The notes beneath the pieces are model-generated. The model had not been told where the DNA came from and ran no database searches. It worked only from the letters and a program-made list of their open reading frames with translations. A stretch of 64,000 bases of DNA from Azolla caroliniana (taxonomy: Eukaryota; Plantae; Polypodiophyta). Positions 14,601 to 27,344 of the stretch are shown here, piece by piece. The DNA is taken from positions 33,604,001-33,668,000 of the forward strand of contig JBHGNT010000001.1 in NCBI GenBank assembly GCA_043228905.1. The letters are read 5' to 3'. A program made the translations under genes and the position numbers. Each line of letters opens with the position of its first letter. Within the stretch, counting starts at the first letter, position 1.

Positions 14601-16693
14601 ATTCCGGAAAAAATCAGCTGAGAGTCCATCGGTACTAGGGCATACATGGGAGCCAATTGCATCCAAAGCAACCCTTACTTCAAAAACCGAAATCGGTTTA
14701 ACCAAAACATTTATCATATTGAGTGAAACCCGTGCATGCATGGATTGCTTCACAACTCTCTGTCTCTCCAATTGATCCAATGTAAAACATTCAGCAGTCA
14801 ATAGATTACTATAAAATTTCGTAGCAATATCCCTCATTTCTTCGACATCCTCAATAATGGATCCATCATCCCTGTGTAGTTGTTTCATTCCATCACAAGT
14901 TTTTTTTGGAGTTAGAATTTTGAAAAAATCAGCGAACACTTTATCCCCCACTTGTGCCCACTTTGCAGCAAATGCATTATAAGTGTATTGAGCCCAATTA
15001 TCTTGTAATTTACCGAGCTTATCCTTTGCATTATTTAATTCTAACATCACCCACGTAGCCCATGGCCTTTGTTGCTGAAAGTGTTGCAAAGAAGTAACCG
15101 CTTGTTTCATACTCAAGATCTTAGTTTTGAGTTGACACCTTTCCTCCTTTGCTTTAGTACCAAACCAATTACTAACTTTAACAATTGCATTTGCAACTCT
15201 ATCACACACCATCAATTGCGATACATCTGTATCCTTCCAAATTGCTAAAAATTCTCCTCTAAGGGTAACATCCACATACAAGGAAGAGGGTATAGGTGTC
15301 CTAAGTAACAATAAGAGGTGAGTGATCTGAGAAAGTTGTCCCAGCTAAAATCTGTAATGATGCTCTTAATGCTATAAAGAAGTCATCAGCATAGAATCTA
15401 TCTAATCAAGATATATTAGCACCTAATAACCGTCTATCTGATCTAGAGAATTGCAAAGATTCAACATGTTTGCTAAAAGAGGGAGAGCACCAAGTATCTT
15501 GAAAACGATACTTAAAGCACAACCTCTCCCAAAAGCTCAATTCTGAACCATATAAAACAGCTTGGCTACCCCCACTTCTATCTAACTTATCCTCAATCAT
15601 ATTAAAATCTTTGGCCATACACCAATGATCCACCTGGGGTAAAGTATCACACATATAAGACCACAACCTCCTCGTATCTGCTACTGCATTGTGAGCATAT
15701 ACATTTATAAAACCCAATTGTAGATTTTGGATTTCTAAAATAATAAACTACACTCTTCCTTCCACTAAAATCTTATAGTCAATCACATGAGAATACCATT
15801 TCTGGGCTAATGCTATACAAACACAAGCTTTATTGTGGGATTCGCCAATTGCGGGACTCCAAAAATGGGCCCATGAACCAGTAAACAAGGACCCATAAGA
15901 ATCAATCCTTGTGGAACTCAAATGATGTTCTTGTAGAAAAACTATATCTACAGACCTCATGAAGCTTTTATGTAAATTTTGTCTTAGTGTAGCCTTAAAT
16001 TTTTGCGCTTGTGCACCACCCAATCCTTGAACATTCCATGATACAATGCGAAAATTATTCATAGGCTAACAAAAGTTGTTTACCTTTCATCTTCTTCTCC
16101 TCCATTGTTGCTCTCCTAGGCTTAGTAATTTGTTCGGCAATCTTAAATCCTTTCCAAGGTTTCCTAGCCACAATTTCTGCATAGGAATCCTTCTTTAGTG
16201 AGGAAGAGAGTGTGCTCTTTCCATCCACCATGACACCTCCATTCATAACCATAGTATATGATTGCACAACCGATTTTTTAAGCATGAATCCTTGTGCATT
16301 CTTACCATGGTTTGTTAAGGCCTTTGTTTTAGCCCTAGTTAACCTTCAAGAGTAGTGCGGACCGTTCATAAAACCCTCCTCCAATGATATCACAAATGTG
16401 ATCCCTTCAGTCTTTTCTACCTGGGTCATCACTAACTCCATATTGGCCTCACCTTGTAATGAGGAGGGTTCGAAAGTTATCATCTATTCGTGATCATTCC
16501 CTCCCTTCAAGGGCTTCTCCTTCATAGAACTTACAATATCATTGTCAATTACAATATCATAATTCTCCTCTCTACCACTTTGTACATCATTATTAATAAA
16601 AGGGATTATTTGTAAATCTGATTGATTAACTTGTGGACTATCATGACTTGCATTTGGTGTCTTTTTAGAAGTTACCCCGACATCATACTATGT
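11648..16693 (-). mobile_element. L1-type LINE (family B): ORF1 3' part plus frameshifted ORF2 (endonuclease-RT-zf)
   Basis: SWNVQGLG / FLQEHHL / INVYA / DFNM endonuclease motifs; WRPITILN, LDFEKAYDRVDW, VRQGCPLAP RT motifs; CDSC..HVLWIC zinc finger; T-rich tail at 11648-11661; 18-bp TSD CCTATGTAAGTGCATTTT at 11630-11647 and 16694-16711. Confidence 0.93.
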
Positions 16694-16809
16694 CCTATGT
16701 AAGTGCATTTTTAATTCAAATTACATTTATTATAATGACTTTATATATCTTAATTGTATTTCTTACTCTCAAAGTCTCAACCAATATGTTTAATACTAAA
16801 TGATCTTTA

Positions 16810-17589
16810 AAAAACAGAAGGAAGATACACCTTAGTATATTACTTGAAAAGTCTACATACGAAAAACAGAAGGAGACATTTCATCTCACTTCTTTTTGTA
16901 AGATACAAAAGCTAGTACATCTGATGATACAGATGATGTCACTCCACTATCCAACATAAACGAAGGTACGACATAATTCCACTTTGGACCAACAGTTGTC
17001 TTTAAAAATAATTGTAGTCCTTGCCATCTGTTCTTAAAGGCCACTTGTCGTTGCCACAAAACATCATCCAAACCCTGCAGATCATCATATTGGCCATGAA
17101 GTGTGTGAACATTAAGAATTCAATAAGCATAGTGTTGAGTTGTATATGGGCATTGTTAAAAACAGAATCACATCTCGCTTTCCATATTATCCAAAGAGCC
17201 AATGACGTAATTGTACGCCAAATGACCAAGTTTTTAATTCTGAACCGTGAAATAGAAGAAGGAAACGAGGTGAGAGAGAGGTGTCCATAAGAAAAATGAA
17301 AAACATGAGAAGCATGCATACTTTCATACCTCATAACCTCTCCATGAAGAACACCCCACAATACTTCACCCCAAGAGAATATTGATCGAGAGTAGTGTTG
17401 TCTCAACAATAAAAACAACTTACTCCAAATTTTATTGATCTTGGGACATAACCAAAGCACATGCAAAATTGATTCAGTAGGTGCGCCACAATGCAATCCA
17501 CAAGCATATTGTTTATGCTGTCTCAACCAATCACCAACAGGAAGAGCATAATGAATCAGTAGCCATCGAAAGCAAATGACTTTTTTTGG
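16810..17589 (-). mobile_element. 5'-truncated LINE fragment related to family A
   Basis: CGLHCGAPTESILHVLWLCPK; same 3' UTR (gtgagatgaaatgtctcc...aaggtgtatctt) as the copies at 10038 and 19013; TSD CTAAA(T/C)GATCTTTA at 16796-16809 and 17590-17603. Confidence 0.88.
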
Positions 17590-18577
17590 CTAAACGATCT
17601 TTATTTAAATATATTTTACTTTTGCTGATAAAATATGTGCTTGTGAGCTTCATTCAACATCAAGCTCATCGGAAAAATGGGTGTACATCAAGTATTGTTG
17701 AAAATTGTTTCATCTTGTATGGTCCATGTTTTATTGTGGCCAACTAGCCACAATAGGCTCCCCACCAAAGAACTTCCTATGTAGAGCTCTACTTGAGATC
17801 TTGACAAAGTTTGAAGATAGGAACATACAAGTTTGAATCCCACCTCTCATAGAAAAATAAATCCTTAAAGCTTACATTAATCACCATTACTTATTCTCCT
17901 CAAAGTTACGTATTTGCTCAGCTCACAAGAAAATGGGAAGGTAAATTAACCATGGCCATAGAGGCAACTTTTTCGAACATAAATTCTCTTAGGCCCACAC
18001 AAAGGAGTGTCTCCCTAGGTTCCCCAGAAACACAAACGTCTTCTATCGAGGAAAGCTTTAGCAACTGTTGTCATGAACACATGACCATTATGGCATCACG
18101 CAAACTTCAACCTAGGACCTTGTAATCTATAATTGAAAACCCCAACCATTAAGATAACTTATTATCATATGAGAAGTTAAAAGCTACGTTTTATAATACA
18201 TTGATTATTGTAAAAACTCTGGAACATGCTCGAACGTTCTAGAATGTCCTAGAACATCTTAGAATATTGTAGGTCTAGAACATTATAGAAAATTATACAA
18301 ATCTCTAAGCTATTCTATAGGAACCTATCAATAGAGACATGTATGTATTCGCAAATCAATTCGAATCAATACTAGTCTTTACCTCCCATTGCCTATCTTG
18401 TATCCATTCTCTTTCTCTTTCTATCTTAATACACCCATTCTTCTCTTATCATTTCGTTCCTTTCTTCTTGTGTTCTCTTATATCCTTCTTCCATCACTCC
18501 ATCTTTTATTCTTGGTTTTGATAGTTTGATTCGAAATTTCTCTCTCCTTTATCCTCTTCCATAAACATCACGAAACC

Positions 18578-21500
18578 ATGGCCGCCATCAACTCACAAGA
18601 ATATCTCATCCTTGTTGCAGAAATGGAGAATCTTAAATCCAAGTTCACATCTCGTGATTTAGAGAATCAACGTCTACTTGGAGATCTACAAAAGGTTACT
18701 ATGGAAAAGCAACAACAACAAAATGAGTTTATGTGACGGGTTCAACAAAATGAGTCGACAATCATAGTTTTACAACAACAAAGGGTCGAAGGTCAAGGAA
18801 TTATCAAGGAGCCCAAAATCAGTCTCCCAGGTAAATTTAATGGTTCGAGGGCGCATTTCCGGGGTTTCTTGAATCAAGTACGCTTGGTAATTCAAATGCA
18901 TCCCATGGGTTATCCGACAGATGCATCACAAATCGGGTTAGTGGACACCTTATTGACTAGTATACCGTTATCGTGGTTTGCTCCATTAATAGAGACAAAT
19001 TTTCCTCTACTATAAGAATTATCTTTACGTTCTATAGGTCAACTTGATATGCTCTTCTTTCAAGAACACCATCTTAATTCACGAAGGATAGCATCGAATA
19101 GAAATTTACTACGTGGTAATTGGATTTATGAATGGGTTCCGGCTTTTGGACTCTTTGGTACTCAAGGTGGCCTTTGTATTGCACTTAGAATGCAATGGCA
19201 GTCTCATGTACAAGCTAAAGGAGTCTTGTTTGGTGGTAGAGTTCAGTATATGCTTATTCTTATCTTTGGAAAATTTATTGGTTTTTTGAATGTATATGCT
19301 CCGAATTCTGCTCCTGGAAGAATTCGATTGTGGAATAAGTTATTGCAAGATCGTCTTGTGGCACATCATTGGTTTATGTGTGGTGATTGGAACATGATCG
19401 AAAGCCCTATTGATAGATTAGGCGAATCTTTTGCTACTATCTCGGGTTTGGAATTGCGTGAGTAGGAGAAATTAATTTTCAAATATGAAGTTACTAATTT
19501 GTGGCATATTCCTACCTTCTCTCGCATGCCCGATTCCTTGTTATACTCACGTTCCAATCGAAGAAGTGCCGCTCTCAATTTGTCGAGAATAGATAGTTTT
19601 TATGTAGATTCTTTCTTTTGGGATCATGGAGGATATGTGGGTATTATATCGGGCACTTCGATCTTAGATCATAGCCCGATTATGCTCAAATTTTGTATGG
19701 ACAACCATACTTCTATTTCTCGATTTTATTTGCCAAGGTTTATTGTTGACGATATGAATTTGCAGAATATAGCTTTGTCACTTTGGAGAATGGCTATAGG
19801 GGATTCTAATTGTCAAAAATTACAGAATGCTCTTATCGCAGTTTCCAACTTCTTTATACAACAAGTTAAGCTAAAACAAAGTAGTTACACTAGAAATTTG
19901 CTGAATGCTAAAAGAGGTTTGGCTTCTCTTCAAATTTCGCAGGAAAAATAACCTCATTCTCAATATATTCATTGTGAAGTACAGAATGCTATGATGCTTA
20001 TTTCTTCTTTGCAGCAAAAACGTGCTCAATTCTTTCTTCAAGCATCTGTAGCAAGATGGTGTGCAAAAGGTGACACCATGTCAAAAAAATAAATCCAACA
20101 TGTTATGCCTAAAAGAAATAAAATTCAGATTGTACAATTGAAAAGCTTTGATGGCACAGTTACAATGGATAGAGATGAAATGAGGAATATTGTAGCTACT
20201 TATTATGAGTCGTTGTTATCAAAGATACTCCAAGTGTTGAAACTCTATAGATGCGCCAAAAAGTATGGGCTACTATTGCGGTTAAGGTAACATCTCGTAT
20301 ATCTCTTCAGCTTCTTCGTCCATTTTCCTCCTTTGAAATTTTACAAGCTATTAAAGGCGTTGGGCCAGATGTGTCCCCGGGAGTAGATGGAATGGGAAGA
20401 GATTTTTTCATTACATATTGGGATTTGATTGCCGATGATCTACTAGTAGCATTTCAAGAAATGTTCAATACAGGTATTATGCCACAAAAGTGGAAAGAGG
20501 GATTAATATGTCTCATTCTGAAAGGTGATGTTGTTACGGATGAGGTGAAGGGTTGGCGGCCCATTACTTTATTGAATACAATTTACAAAATCTATGCTAA
20601 GTTATTGGCTTTGAGATTACAACCCTTTCTTCCAGATATTGTGCATGATTCATAGACGGGATTTATGCAAGAACGTAGTATTTTTTACAATGTTTTTCTG
20701 TTTTGGGAATTAACATGGATGGGAATGAAAAATAAAGAAGATCTTGCGGTACTTCTATTAGATTTTGAGAAGGCATATGACAGATTTTATTGGGACTTCA
20801 TGGAAGGTTCGTTTTTTAGATTAGGTTTTCTTGCTCAATGGATTAGGGTTGTAGCTTCCTTGTATAGTGAGGCCTTTAGTTCAGTCTTGGTCGTCGGTGC
20901 GCAAACTAGAAAATTTTCTATTTCGTGTTCTGTACATCAAGGTTGTCCATTGGCCCCATTCCCGTTTTTGCTAGTAATGGAAACATTCTCAATGTATTTA
21001 AACTCCTCTCAAGTTTCTCTGAAGGGTTTGCCTTTGCCTGCCATGCAACAACAAATGTTGGATGCAGAATTTGTAGATGATACTGCAATTTATGTTCAAG
21101 GTAATGATGAAAATTTAAGTAAATTGCAAGAAGTAGTGCAGGAATTCTGTTTGGCCTCTAGAGCAAAGATAAATTGGCATAAATCTCTTGGCTTTTGGGT
21201 ATCACAAAATTCCTTGCCTACTTGGATGCCTTCGCAGGAATTCAAGTGGGTTCCTAATGGAACCACTACTCGTTACTTAGGTTGTCAAGTGGGACTTCAT
21301 GTTACTGTAGATATGTTAGTTGCTCCTCTACTTGTGAAATTAAAGAGAAATTTGTTGCTTTGGGATTCGGTTAACCTGTCACTTGCAGGTCGTGTACTTG
21401 TAGCTAGCCAACTTCTTTTAGCTACTATTTGGTATATTGCTTCAACTACATTGTTTGCTAGATCATGTATTTCACATGTGCAACGCCTCATTCGTAATTA

Positions 21501-23929
21501 CATTTGGGGAGGAAAAATAGGTCAAGGTAAAAGGCCTAAAGTAGCTTGGGCAGTATTGATTGCTCCGCGACAAAATGGTGGGTTGGGGCTAGTGGATCCA
21601 GAAGCACATTGTAAGGCTTTGCTTTCTAAATTTGTGTGTAGAGCTATGTTGCCAATGCAAGGTGTTTGGAGTCGGTTGATGATGCATAGGTTGTCTACTA
21701 TGTGCCCGACAATAGGAGGAAAGTGGCTATCATCATTAAGATGGGGCTTTATTCAGAATTTTCATTTGTTTAAAACAACCTTATCAGAAGATAGGTTTTT
21801 TAATGGAATTCCCACAAGTTGGTCAGCTATTAAAAAGTTTCTAGTTCGAAAGGTGCCTTCGACAACGAATGACTTGTTGAGACAGCCCTGACCTGAAACT
21901 TTCTCTTTTCAAATTCAAGGGGTTTTCTGCTTGGTAGCCGTCCTCGGTTGAATTGGGCTTCTATGGATGCATCAATAGCAAGTAATGTTCTATCATGGGG
22001 ATGTTATGTTATGAATCAACCATTACAATCTTTGTCAAGGCTTTCAGTTCGAAAGTGCTATTATGTGCAACGATATGCAAGTGGCATTGGGACAATTTAT
22101 GGCTTCATGGTCCCCCTCTGGCAATCAGATTTGGTTTGGTTATTTCTCTCCTTTAAAAGTTATTTTAGGAGCTAAAGTAATTAACGCTACGGGGGATGTA
22201 ATATTCTTTAATGTGGATGATGATGGTAGGTTGGGGCATGTATTTTCTAAATAAGATGTGTGGATGTTTGCCAATGTTTCAGTGATTCGAGTAATTGCAA
22301 GATCTGGAAAAAAATGGTTCTTGGATCCACCCTTTCAAGAATGCTTACAGTGTTGTTCATTGTGGGTTTTTCAACAAAAGCCGCTTTATAATTTAGATTG
22401 GGATCCAGCTTATTATCAATGGAAAAATTCGAATGCTAGTGGAAATGGTAAACACTCAGAGTTTTTCCAGTATTCAGTTACGCTAGGTAGAAATTTATTG
22501 TTGCAATCAAAGTATAAATGCCCTGGTGCCATGAAGCATTGCAAATAATGTGAATGCATTGCAACTTACAAAATTTTGGAAATGGTTGTGGAGTATGCAG
22601 TTGCCAAAAAAAGTGATTTGTTTTCATTGGTTGTTAATGCATTATGCTCTAAGACTTCTTGTTGGTGATTGGTTGAGGCAAAATCAGCAATATGATTGTG
22701 GAATGCATTGTGGTGCATCTACAGAATCTATTTTGCATTTGTTTTGGTTATGTCCCAAAATCAAGCAATTCTAGAGTAAATTGTTTTTATTATTGAGACA
22801 CCATTATGCTCGTTCTATCTTCTCGTGGGGTGCAGTATTATGGGGTGTCCTTCATGGAGATGTTATGAAGTAGGAAAGTATGCATGCTTCTCACGTTTTT
22901 CACTTTTCCAATGGGTACATTTATATCACTTCATTTCCATCTTTTATTCCACAGTTTAGAACTGGGATTTTGTTTATTTAGCGTACTATTATGTCATTAG
23001 CTCTTTGGACAATATGGAAAATGAGATGCGAGGCTGTTTTTAATAATGCTCACATACATCTCAGTACTATGCTTATTGAATTCTGGTTGTTATTTGTCCA
23101 TACCATACCTGGACAATATGATGATCTGCAGGGTTCAACTGATGCTCAAAGGCAACGTCAAGTGGATTTTAAGAAACGGTGGCGAGGGTTTCACTTATTT
23201 TCAGATACGACTTCTAGTATGAAGGGGAATTATGCCATACCTTCTTTTTTATTGCATAGCTTGTAGATTGTGCTCCATTTGTTCCTTATATGATATCATC
23301 TGTTTGATCAGATGTTGGTATTAGCTTTTGTATTACAATAGAGGTGAGATGAAATGTCTCCTTCTGTTTTCTATATGTACATTTCTCAAGTAATATACTA
23401 AGGTGTATCTTTCTTTAAAAATAAAAAAAATCTTCTACTAAATAATTTCGAGGAATTTATCAAAGAATTTAAGGCTGGCTTCAGAGATACAGATGGGGCA
23501 AGAACAACAATCGACAAGATTCGTACACTATGTCAAGGTAATAAGTTAGCATCGACATATAAAGCCAATTTCCATCTCATCGCAAGCGATATTCCTTGGG
23601 ATGAACAAGCCCTAATGTAGCAATTTCGTTCCAGCTTTCGTAGTGATGTGAAAGACTTACTTCTTACCTTCCTTGGTGATCCAAAATCACTTAAAGAAGC
23701 TGTTAGTTGAGCAATATGGTGTGATAATCACCTTTTTGAGCATCGATGTGAGCGACAACAACAAATAACAAGATTAAGATTCACACCAACTTATGCATCT
23801 GTAACAGCGCAATCATCTCCAAGGCAAACATATAGCCCTGCTCCAAGTCCAAGGCAAACACGTAGTCTATTCCCAATTGATAGTCCTACACCCATGGAGA
23901 TCGATATGACCCAACGACGAGGACCGTTA
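18578..23929 (+). pseudogene. Retrotransposon gag (Sushi/PEG10/Tcn1-like) split by a LINE, with in-frame stops
   Basis: MAAINSQEYL...KEPKISLPGKFNGSRAHFRGFLNQVRLVIQMHP..YPTD..LSWFAPLIE | LLNNFEEFIKEFKAGF..KIRTLCQG...F..IASDIPWDEQAL..FRS.FRSDVKDLL...PTPMEID...RGPL; ends before the zinc knuckle. Confidence 0.85.
19013..23430 (+). mobile_element. L1-type LINE (family A): nearly complete, decayed ORF2 inserted in the gag
   Basis: FFQEHHL, LNVYAPN, GDWNM, SRID, DHSP (endonuclease); WRPITLLN, LDFEKAYD, HQGCPLAP, EFVDD (RT); zf-RVT; A-rich tail 23417-23430; probable TSD TC(C/T)TCTACTA at 19003-19012 and 23431-23440. Confidence 0.92.
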
Positions 23930-24539
23930 TGGATAATCAATATATTACAAAGTAGCTTTTACCCTCTTATATGACAATAAACTATCTTAATGGTTGGGGT
24001 TTTCAATTATGGATTACAAGGTCCTAGGTTAAAGTGTGGGTGACGCCATAATGGCCATGTGTTCATGACAACTACAGGCTTCTTTGACATTGATTTGTAA
24101 TGAACAACAAGTCCCCCCAATTCCATTATTATCGTCGAAGGTCAAATATGATCTATGAGACGAAAAATATAACATTTTCACGTACTACATGTAAAACTGA
24201 GTAGTGACTCTTGAGGCTCAAGACCTTTACTAATGAATGTTGCAATTAAGAGCACACACTATGATTGTGAGGCAAATTTGTGCAAGGATTAGATGTGTGG
24301 AAAGAATAGACGATTGTGATCAAAGGTAGAGTGAAACTGCCAAACTTTTTTAGGGAAAAATGTGCATAATTGACTACTCTCATCTCTTGTTCCTCAACAC
24401 TCCATCTCACATTGTCGTGAGTGTGACCTAAGTCGTATGAAAGAAAATTCGAATGGTAAACAACAAGGTGGGTTCTAACATCTATTTATATGATGTTCCT
24501 TGTTTGGTGAAGAATATGATTTTGTAATTAGGTGCAACA

Positions 24540-25290
24540 TATCTACTTTAATGTGTGAAGGGTGAGCCTCCACATTTTCCCAAATGGCGTTGCATGAACC
24601 AAGTGTGTTGCACCCCATCTTCCAAACAATTTTGTATATATTGCATCCAATTGAAACACAAGTTTGCTTTTTGCGTCTTTTGGAAACCTTTCCATGGCCA
24701 TGATTTTAATGGAAAGTGAACACGTCTCAAGAAGTAGGAGCATGTATGACATTTGTTTCTTGGCTTAGAGAAACTTTGTGAGAAAATCCTTTTGGACATT
24801 TTCAAATTGTTTCCAAGTGGACTTAGGGATACTACAATACTTCCACTCCATAGAGAAGCAGTGTTGAAAATATATTTCTTAAGAACCTAAAATTTAATTT
24901 CTTCATCATTGCATGTGTTCTCAAATGCGTAATATATAGTCTCTTTCCCCCTCTAAGCAACCTGTAGCAAATTCATTCCATCTATAATATGTGGGAACTC
25001 AAGGCCAAGTTATTTAAAACCTTCTATGTCCAATTTCAAGTAGCTCAATATTGTACATAATGCATGGTTTCCCCTTATTTTGGCTCTTCACAAGCATAAT
25101 CTTTGCTTTAGAGCTACTAAGATTCGATGCAATATGCATACAAAACTCTTCCAATTCCCTCATAAGCTTTTGTGCATTTTTTAAAGTATTTGCAAAAAAG
25201 TATTCATATTCACCTAGGTATTATATACTTTTCCTTATCCTTGCATGGGTTGTTAGTTTTGTCAAAATGTAGTTGTCCTTATCCTTGGAT
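24540..25290 (-). mobile_element. Decayed RTE-like LINE RT C-terminal remnant
   Basis: Reverse-strand fragments LFANTLKNAQKLMRELEEFC..SSKAKIMLV..FK*LGLEF..WKQFENVQKDFLTKFL..FGRWGATHL. Confidence 0.6.
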
Positions 25291-26269
25291 GGGTGCCTAG
25301 TAAACAACCAAGTAAAGATATTTAAGTGAGAAATGATGGACCCTCTTCCAACTCTGGATGATAATGAAGACGATTGAAAAGTGTGAACACAGGACACATT
25401 GAACACAATAGATGAGATGAATGACTTCCAATACATATTGGACAATGTGTGGGCTGAACAAGGTAAGTATCATGCCACCATTAGCTTCCATTATGCAACA
25501 ATCCTATGATGCTTTAATAATCAACGACATATGGACAATGGTCGAGGGAGATAATACATTATAAATACTAATGTGTATTCACACTTAGGATAAGAACCAG
25601 AAAAAGTCAACCCATGGACAAATAGCTTGAACATAGTCTATACTCATAAACAAAGTCATAAAATAGTGGAGATATGGTACAATGGCCTGCCATGTTATTG
25701 GGTTATATTGAGCAAGATAAGAATGAGGATGTTATACAACTCTATCCTTGAATGCTTGTGCAAGGTTTCTAACTACTATGATGACATTTTCTGGTATGTT
25801 GAAAGCATGTGGCAACGTGGGAGAATTGGTAGTCATACTGAAATCAAATTAGATGTTGAGATGGATCTTAGTTAAATGAAGGATCCATGGCTAGCTATTG
25901 GGAAAGTCCTTTTTCTCTTCTTTTCCATCTATTTTGTAGTTTGTACCTGATAGGTTTTTTAAAAACTAATGGAAGGATATTTTGTTTTGAGAAAAAAAAA
26001 TGTCATAAATAGTGGAATAGGATGCAAATGTTGATACATGTTGATCTTACTCAAGCTCCCGCAACCACAAGTTTTGTTCATAACATCATGTTACTTCCCT
26101 CCCAAGGGATCAAATTAGCAAAAGTAAAAGGCAAAATTCAAGGAATCAATAAAGTCAACGAACTTGAATCACCCAATCAAATAGAATAGATTTTTTATTG
26201 TCCAATTTCTAACATTTTAACCTTGTATTGGTGCCAACATTGGGGGTTTACCATTAGCAATGTAATATT

Positions 26270-26405
26270 GCAAATTTGACATTTTAGTATTTTGCCACTT
26301 CATCTTTAATGCCTCTATTAATCTTCCTCAATTATCAGCAAATTTGACATTTTAGTATTTTGCCACTTCATCTTTAATGCCTCTATTAATCTTCCTCAAT
26401 TATCA
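26270..26405. repeat. Perfect 68-bp tandem duplication
   Basis: gcaaatttgacattttag...cttcctcaattatca twice (26270-26337 and 26338-26405). Confidence 0.95.
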
Positions 26406-27344
26406 CGTACCTCATAGCATCACCTAGACAGCAACCTATTATGTAGAAGCAGTTAGTAGTACTCAAGTCTAGGAGAAGTGTACTTACTATGTATCCAAAA
26501 GTTCAAAAGCTCAACATTGCAAGGTTGATTATCAAATTCTATACAAAGTGGGGATGGGAACCCACAATTTTTAAAGCTGCCTATGAACCTTTTTTTTTTA
26601 CCACATATATCATACAACTACCATGTTCTCTTTTTTTAATGTATTTTTATAACAAATAGCAGTGCAGATGTAAATGTATTACCAGTGTCCATATGCGTAT
26701 TGTGTATTCAGAAGTTTCAAAGCTTATCATTGCAAGGTTGACTATCAAATGATATTATACTTGTGAATAGGGATGGGAACCCACTATTTTTCATACTGCT
26801 TATGAAATTTCACATTCTCCTTTTTCTACATTTTTATATAGCACCGCATTTAAAAGAATAACATCTAAAAGAATTCCACCCATCCCTTAAATTTGGTTAT
26901 TCAAAATACTCGAACCTGTGCTCATCGTTTGTCCCCTTGATTTAGTTGGAGTCTGCAGAACCAAACCAATTCGTTAATCTCTCAACTTAATTCTCATTAT
27001 CAAGTAAAGTCATATAAATAGTTACATACATTTAGACACATACACTAGAGGGCACACTATAATACACCACTCAAGGGCATTATTGTAAGTTAAACATCAT
27101 CCAATCCTCCAGCACCAAGTCATCTATGTGTTGGTACATTTGCAAGTAAGGACCCACAAGGTAACCAGAATCTATGTATATTTTCCTGTACTTGTGCATG
27201 TGCCCTTGCCCTGATGTATCAATACATTATATATATAACACGTGTGTGTATATATTACCTTTAACAGCCTAATGGTTCACATGTATTAAGATTGTTCCTA
27301 CAAATACATAGTTTTACTTGAAACAGTTCATGTATATGAATGTA

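Larger units (their letters stand above)
18069..24070 (+). mobile_element. Ty3/gypsy-derived gag-only element with inverted termini, interrupted by a LINE
   Basis: Starts TGTCATGAAC and ends GTTCATGACA. 18069-18208 and 23933-24070 are inverted copies. LTR-like tctagaac repeats at 18220-18300. Decayed gag at 18578-19012 and 23431-23929. Confidence 0.8.

Noticed and set aside
18069-24070. DIRS (tyrosine recombinase) element as the explanation for the inverted termini
   Set aside because: No YR or DIRS RT is seen; the gag, TG...CA ends and probable 5-bp TSD point to a gypsy/integrase origin.
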